DNA from: Planctomycetota bacterium
GTDB taxonomy: Bacteria; Planctomycetota; MHYJ01; WSZJ01
Assembly (NCBI GenBank): GCA_038060895.1
Contig: JBBTCT010000001.1
Location: forward strand, 192,001 to 256,000
DNA length: 64,000 bases
Reading direction: 5' to 3'
The position numbers and the translations under genes are program-made. Shown here piece by piece: positions 58,733-64,000 of this stretch (position 1 is its first letter; each line of letters opens with the position of its first letter). The notes under the pieces were generated by a model. It was not told where the DNA came from, made no database searches, and saw only the letters and a list, made by a program, of their open reading frames with translations.

Positions 58733-59512
58733 ATGAGCTTCCCCAATCCCCCGCTGTCTCCTGCTTCAGCCCGGCTCGCCATCGCGGCCGCGCTGGCGCT
58801 TCCGATCGCAGCGGCGGCCTGGATTCTGTTCCGGGCGCCCCAGGACGAACTGCAGCTGGGGCGGATTCCGGAGCCGGATGTGTTCGAGTCGGAGCTGGAG
58901 CCCTACGACTGGGGGAGGATTGCGCCGGGCGACTGGGTGGAACACGAAGTGGCGTCGGCGTCGCCGCTGGACGTCTCGATGAGGGTCGGGACGCGGCTCG
59001 CGTGCGTGGGGTTCGACGGAAGACGGGCGTGGGTTGAACAGCGCGACCACAACGTCGCCCGGTTTTTCCCGGGCGCGTCGGTGCTTTGCGAGGTCGAGCG
59101 CGGGACGGGCCGGATCGCGCGGGCGTGGTGGGGAGGGCCGGGGCGCGCGACCAAGGCCGTCGAGGTCCGCCGCGTCACCCCGAGCGCGGGCCCACCCGGT
59201 TTCGAGCGGCGCGCGCGCGCCGATGCGGCAACCCTTGCCCTCGCCGGACTGGCAATCCCCTGTTCGCGCACGCTCATCCAGGAACGCCCCTCCGGCGGCG
59301 TGTGGTCATCCCGTTCGGCGGTCTGGCTCGCCCCGGAGATTCCTTTCCCTCGGCGCGTGACGATCGCCGCCACGGATTCGTCGGTCTCCTGGGAAGGAAC
59401 CCAGGCCCACGGCGGCGTGGCGCGCGAGGAGTATTCGGGCCTGACGGTCCGCATGACGACCGAAGTGACGGCGTGGGGACGGGACGCGAAGCGCACGCTT
59501 CGTGCCCCGTGA
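58733..59512 (+). CDS. Membrane-anchored hypothetical protein, paralog 4
   Basis: TM; PGDWVEHE, RLACVG....AWVE, ARAWWG, PF, GGV, WGRDAK. Confidence 0.72.
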   Translation: MSFPNPPLSPASARLAIAAALALPIAAAAWILFRAPQDELQLGRIPEPDVFESELEPYDWGRIAPGDWVEHEVASASPLDVSMRVGTRLACVGFDGRRAWVEQRDHNVARFFPGASVLCEVERGTGRIARAWWGGPGRATKAVEVRRVTPSAGPPGFERRARADAATLALAGLAIPCSRTLIQERPSGGVWSSRSAVWLAPEIPFPRRVTIAATDSSVSWEGTQAHGGVAREEYSGLTVRMTTEVTAWGRDAKRTLRAP

Positions 59513-59528
59513 ACTTCGTCGTCTTCCC

Positions 59529-60410
59529 TTAATCGGTCAGCCGGAACGTGACGGGCATCGTCACGCGCGAAGCCTGCGCCTGGCCGTCCCGAAGGGCCGG
59601 CGCGAATGTCCATGTCCAGGCGGCGTCCTCGGCCGCCTGGTCGAGGAGGCTGTGACCGCTCGACGCGGAAACGCGCACCGCCGAAACGGAACCGTCGGCG
59701 GCGATTTCGAGCGCCAGGGTCGCCGTCCCCTCCCACCCACGCCGCCGCGCGGCCGACGGGTACGCAGGAAGTCGGCCGCCGCGGCGACGCGCCCACCCGT
59801 CGCCACCCTCGCCTGAGGAAGCGGATTCAGCGGGGCCGCCCGCCCCGCCACCGGTCGGGGCGTTTGCGGCAGAATTCCCGTTCCCGGCGGCGGCCTCATC
59901 TCCGGCAGGTGTCCCCGCGCTTTCGCCGCTTCCCCACCGCGCGCCGCGGGCCGCACCCGGACGGCCATGGCCGGCGTGCTCCGGAACGTGGCCGGCCATG
60001 GGGTCGTCGCCGGAAGCGCGTTCAAGCCCGGGTGGCGGCCCTGCGAGGAGTTCTTCGGCGCCGGAAACGCGCGGCGGCTCGCCGGTCTCAATCTCGCCGG
60101 CCGGCAGGTCGGGGACGGCGGGGCGGCGCGAGGCGATCGCTTCGCGGCCGACGGGAAGCGGATCGTGCCCCGCTGCGCCGGTGCCGCCGAGGGCCAGGCG
60201 AACCGGGGCAAGGTCCGGGGTGGCCGCGTGCTTGCGGACGAGAACGGAGGTCAACGTCGCTGCGGCAGCGAAGAGGCCTGCATGAAACACGACGGCAGCG
60301 GCCCAGGACGCCGCGAGCGCGCGCCAGCCGCGGGGAGTTTTCCCCTCGACCGGGCGACGCTGAAGGCGGCCCACCCGCGCCTGGCTCCGTGCTTCGACGC
60401 CTGCGATCAC
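59529..60410 (-). CDS. TonB family energy transducer
   Basis: TM with His; Gly/Pro-rich linker; YPSAARRRGWEG...SSGHSLLDQAA...W.F.PA...VTFRL. Confidence 0.85.
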   Translation of the reverse strand: MIAGVEARSQARVGRLQRRPVEGKTPRGWRALAASWAAAVVFHAGLFAAAATLTSVLVRKHAATPDLAPVRLALGGTGAAGHDPLPVGREAIASRRPAVPDLPAGEIETGEPPRVSGAEELLAGPPPGLERASGDDPMAGHVPEHAGHGRPGAARGARWGSGESAGTPAGDEAAAGNGNSAANAPTGGGAGGPAESASSGEGGDGWARRRGGRLPAYPSAARRRGWEGTATLALEIAADGSVSAVRVSASSGHSLLDQAAEDAAWTWTFAPALRDGQAQASRVTMPVTFRLTD

Positions 60411-61318
60411 AGCGATCCCTTCTGCGCTTCGACGTGCTCCATGAACGCCCGGCTGATTCCCGACATTGTCCGTTCGTCCGACGAAATGAGCGTCAGCGCG
60501 CGCGACAGGTCAATCCCGCGCACCCGCGCCGCGGCCAGCGCGCCCGCGCCCAGTTCCGTGCCGATCGCGCGCCGGGAGACGATCGAGACGCCCAGGCCGG
60601 CCTTGACGCTCTCCTTGACCTCTTCGGTCGAGCCGACCTCGACGGACACCTGAAGCGGCCCGACTCCGGCCTCGGCAAGCTGCTTCTCCACGGTTTCGCG
60701 CGTGCCGCTTCCGTGCTCGCGCATCACGAATTGTTCCTTCGACAGGTCGGCCGGCTCGATCTGCCGCTTCTTCGCCCACGCATGTCCCGGGGGACAGATG
60801 ACCACGAGCTCGTCTTTTGCAATTTCTTCGGCCCGGATCCCGCGGCGCTTGACCTTTGAGCCGACGATCCCGAGTTCGATGCGGCCGCCGGCGACCATTT
60901 CGACGATCTCGGAACTGTCGCCGCAGCGGATCGTGACCTTCACGTCGGCGTGGGCCTCGCGGAACGTGCGGATCAGGCCCGGGAGGACGTAAGTTCCCGG
61001 AATCGTGCTCCCTCCGAGGTCGAGCTGTCCGCGCACGGCGCCTTTCAGGTCGTCCAGGGCGCGGATCGCGTCGCGTTGCAGCTGGAGCATCCGCTTGGCG
61101 TGTTCGTAGAAGACCTGCCCCGCGCGCGTCAGCGACACGGCGCCACGGACCCTGTCGAAAAGCCGGTTGCTAACGGTCCTCTCGAGCGCAGCCATATGCT
61201 CGCTCACGGTCGGCTGCGACAGAAACACCGCGTTGGCCGCCTTTGAGAACGAACGCAGCTCTGCCACCTGACAAAACACCTCGATCTGCCGAAGCGAAAA
61301 ATCCGGTCGAGATTTCAC
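60407..61318 (-). CDS. LysR family regulator (CysL-like / selenium-metabolism-associated type)
   Basis: SFSKAANAVFLSQPTVSEH..ALE, GGSTIPG.YVLP, REHGSGTR, VKAGLGVSIVS. Confidence 0.88.
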   Translation of the reverse strand: MKSRPDFSLRQIEVFCQVAELRSFSKAANAVFLSQPTVSEHMAALERTVSNRLFDRVRGAVSLTRAGQVFYEHAKRMLQLQRDAIRALDDLKGAVRGQLDLGGSTIPGTYVLPGLIRTFREAHADVKVTIRCGDSSEIVEMVAGGRIELGIVGSKVKRRGIRAEEIAKDELVVICPPGHAWAKKRQIEPADLSKEQFVMREHGSGTRETVEKQLAEAGVGPLQVSVEVGSTEEVKESVKAGLGVSIVSRRAIGTELGAGALAAARVRGIDLSRALTLISSDERTMSGISRAFMEHVEAQKGSL

Positions 61319-62925
61319 TTTTTTCTTCCCGTGGGTTTGACCGCCTCCGTCCGGTACGGCTCCGAAAGCCCTTTCCACTCCCAGACGTCGCCTTCGTCCG
61401 ACGTGAATTTCGCGTCGAGCGTGTAGTTCCACTCGCTGTTGTTCTTGTCCTCAAGGACGACGATTTCGATCGCTTCGGCGTCCGGGTCGTACCCCATCTG
61501 GCCGGGCTTGGCGTTGGCAACCGTGACCTTGCGCGCGTCGGTGCTCCACGCGAACTTCTCGACCTTCATCTTGGTCACGACGTCCTTCTTCGCCGGCGCC
61601 TTGAAGGTCATCTCCAGCATCCCGCCCTGCGCGACGCGGGCGGTCTTTCCGGCCTTGTCCGTGAACTGAAGCGACAGCACCAGGAACGAGCCGCGGTACT
61701 TCGACTGCTTTCCCTCCCCGACCCAGTTCCCCTCGATCCAGCGCGAGCCGCGCACCGCCGTCGCCTGCGCAATCGACCGGATCTTCGGCTCCTCCGGCTT
61801 TTTCGGCTCAGGCACCTTCGGGTCCGGGACTTTCGGCGGATCTCCCGCGACCGGCCCGGGGTCCTTCGGGTCCGGATCCTTCGGCCCGGGCCCCCCATGC
61901 ACCGGGTCATACGGCGGTTCCGCAACCAGCGACTCGTCCTCTTCGTAGGACGCCGTGTATTTGTAGTCGTCAAACTCCGGCGGATTCTTCATCGTGCTTG
62001 CGAACCCGGCGGTTTCCTGGGGTCGAAGCGGCCGCTCCGGCGTGGTCATCAGCTCGCGGACCTGCGTCCCGCCCTTGAAGAGCATGACCTTGATGACGAC
62101 GTTGCGCACGCCGACCGCCTTGCCGTTGCGGACCCGGCCGGACACGCGGATCGAGCCGTCCTGCCGGTCCTCGAAGCGGAATCCCGCGGCCTCGACTTCG
62201 GTTTCGCCGCTGAACTCCCCCTCCGACAGGTTGCGCTCCTGCGTCGTCGATTCCTCGATGTCCGCGCGCACCTTGTCGAACTCCGGCACGCCCTTCACCT
62301 TCACCATCAGCGGAACTTCCTTCCCGAACTCGAACTTCTCCGCGAACGTCTGCGCCGCTTCACGCACGAGGTTGTGATCGGCGTCGTAGAACTTGAAGCG
62401 GATGCGGGCCATATCCGCGGGGAGCTCGCCCGCGTTTTTCACGGTGAGGGTCAGGGTGACGTCCTTGTCCATGCGCTCGGACTTCACCTTGTAGACCTCG
62501 AGGTAGGCGGTTCCCGGGATGGCGTCCTTGCGCTCGGGGACGGGGGGGTTGAAGAGGTCGCGGCCGATGAAGCGAGTCTTCACTTCTTTCCCGTTGAGGA
62601 AGTAGGCCGAATCGACGACGTAGTTCGTGAAGAAGGGGCACTTGGCGATTTCGAAGCTGACGGGCTTTTCGCCGCCGGGAGCGACCTGGTCGACATCGAC
62701 GGCGCGGGAGCGGGCGACCTCGCGGTCGCCTTCGTAGCAGATGAGGGCGATGCTGATGCCGGTGACCGGGCTGGAGCCCGTGTTCTTGACGCGCGAGTCC
62801 GCCCAGACTTTCTTTTCGAATCGGGTGCGGGCGATGGAGAACTCAGAGAACTGAAGCGGCGTCTCCTCCGCGCCTGCGGTGACCGCGGCGAGGAGGGCGA
62901 TGGCGAGGATGCGGGCGTGTTTCAT
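61315..62925 (-). CDS. Secreted protein with FxLYD-like repeats and a Pro-rich linker
   Basis: Signal peptide; VKNTG/VKNAG/VRNG repeats with FKFYD-type motifs; PKDPDPKDP linker. Confidence 0.72.
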   Translation of the reverse strand: MKHARILAIALLAAVTAGAEETPLQFSEFSIARTRFEKKVWADSRVKNTGSSPVTGISIALICYEGDREVARSRAVDVDQVAPGGEKPVSFEIAKCPFFTNYVVDSAYFLNGKEVKTRFIGRDLFNPPVPERKDAIPGTAYLEVYKVKSERMDKDVTLTLTVKNAGELPADMARIRFKFYDADHNLVREAAQTFAEKFEFGKEVPLMVKVKGVPEFDKVRADIEESTTQERNLSEGEFSGETEVEAAGFRFEDRQDGSIRVSGRVRNGKAVGVRNVVIKVMLFKGGTQVRELMTTPERPLRPQETAGFASTMKNPPEFDDYKYTASYEEDESLVAEPPYDPVHGGPGPKDPDPKDPGPVAGDPPKVPDPKVPEPKKPEEPKIRSIAQATAVRGSRWIEGNWVGEGKQSKYRGSFLVLSLQFTDKAGKTARVAQGGMLEMTFKAPAKKDVVTKMKVEKFAWSTDARKVTVANAKPGQMGYDPDAEAIEIVVLEDKNNSEWNYTLDAKFTSDEGDVWEWKGLSEPYRTEAVKPTGRKK

Positions 62926-63049
62926 GGGCTTGCTCACGATTGGTCCCCCGGGTCAGGACGGCGACGACGCGTGATCGTGACATTGTAATCGCCGGGCGGG
63001 GCGGAAGAATACGATCCTGGAAGAGGTTTTTCCGATGATCGCCGGACTT

Positions 63050-64000
63050 TCAGCGCCCCCCTGCCACCGGGCGGCGCGCCGGCGCGTCGTTATGTGCCCG
63101 CTCGACGTAATCCATGAGCATCGCGAACTGCTTGAAGAAATCGTGCTCGCGGACCTGCGCGGGGGACTTGAAGAAGCAGGCGAGGTGGCGAAGGGCCCCT
63201 GACTCGCCGCGGCGCGCGGCGAAATCGGTCATCCGGACGAGGTCCAGCACGAGAGGGGCGGCCAGCGCGGAATCGCACCCCTGCCAGGTGAACTGCATCG
63301 TCATCTTCGTGCCGAGAAAGCCCTCGAAGTGGATGAAGTTCCAGGCGGTCTTCCAATCGCCGAGCGACGGGCAGTAGTCGATGGAGACGTGCGAGTGGAG
63401 CGATTCGTCCTTCACGAGCTGCCGCAGGGCTTCTTCCTTGTCTTTCGTCTTCGAACGGTTCGCGCCCGGCTGTCGAAGCACGAGCCCGTCGCGGTTCCCG
63501 AGGATGTTGTGGGATTCCCATGAGAGGAGCCGCAGGTTGCGCGCGAGGAACATCGGGGCGAGCGCGGTCTTGACGAGGGTCTCGCCGGTCTTGCCGTCCT
63601 TGCCGGCGTGCGGGACGCCGCGGATCGTCGCGAGTTCTTCCATCGCGGGGATCGAGGCGCCGAAACTCGGCGTGAAGTTCACGTACGGGCATCCGAGATC
63701 GATGGCCGCGTATGCGTAGAGCACGGACGCGCACAGCAGTTTGCGCCGGTCCTCGACAATGAGCCGCGCGAAGTCCTTGAGCGAGCCGTATTCCTTCGGG
63801 GCGTCGTGGCCGGCCTCCGTGGAAGCCAGGTTCACGACGATCACGCGGTCGACCTTGTGCCGGTCCCGGAACGCCTTGATCTGCCGCTGGATCTCGGCCA
63901 CGACTTCGCTCGCGGTGCGGCCGTTCTCGATCCCGCCGTCCTTCGCCATCGACGTCACTTCTTCGCCGCAGTTCAGCGCACACCCCGGCGTCACGTCTCT
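63050..64000 (-). CDS. ino1: Myo-inositol-1-phosphate synthase (5' end outside window)
   Basis: VVNLASTE, YVNFTP, GKDGKTGETLVKT, NILGNRDG, DYCPSLGDWKTAW, WQGCDSALAAPLVLDL. Confidence 0.9.
   Translation of the reverse strand, partial: RDVTPGCALNCGEEVTSMAKDGGIENGRTASEVVAEIQRQIKAFRDRHKVDRVIVVNLASTEAGHDAPKEYGSLKDFARLIVEDRRKLLCASVLYAYAAIDLGCPYVNFTPSFGASIPAMEELATIRGVPHAGKDGKTGETLVKTALAPMFLARNLRLLSWESHNILGNRDGLVLRQPGANRSKTKDKEEALRQLVKDESLHSHVSIDYCPSLGDWKTAWNFIHFEGFLGTKMTMQFTWQGCDSALAAPLVLDLVRMTDFAARRGESGALRHLACFFKSPAQVREHDFFKQFAMLMDYVERAHNDAPARRPVAGGR

Overview
High-GC chromosomal window from a probable diderm bacterium, most like Planctomycetota (Hanks-type kinase with Zn ribbons, DUF1570, HEAT and FG-GAP proteins, gmhB, TonB; taxonomy is inference). 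Core content: folC, tRNA-Pro(TGG), an aromatic amino-acid cluster (trpEGDCFBA-aroH-aroF...tyrA-aroC-ridA, aroD/aroE fusion, aroK), MoxR-DUF58-transglutaminase, sppA, split methylmalonyl-CoA mutase with meaB, leuS and ino1. No CRISPR array, rRNA, integrase or transposase was seen. Main hidden signals: (1) two exported thioredoxin-fold genes split by an in-frame UGA in a U-x-x-C motif, each with a similar 19-nt hairpin at exactly +18..+36, i.e. probable selenoproteins with a compact SECIS, one next to a Cys paralog lacking the hairpin; (2) a minimal type VII-like locus (three WXG100-like/helical proteins plus an FtsK/EssC-like ATPase with only the middle Walker A intact); (3) a near-leaderless Trp/Tyr/Phe leader peptide with a complete attenuator ahead of trpE; (4) many TANNNT -10 boxes 6-10 nt before start codons, suggesting leaderless mRNAs, including a hidden 34-aa ORF coupled to folC; (5) a probable 6S RNA, TA-bounded palindromic MITE-like elements, and several uncharacterised secreted paralog families.
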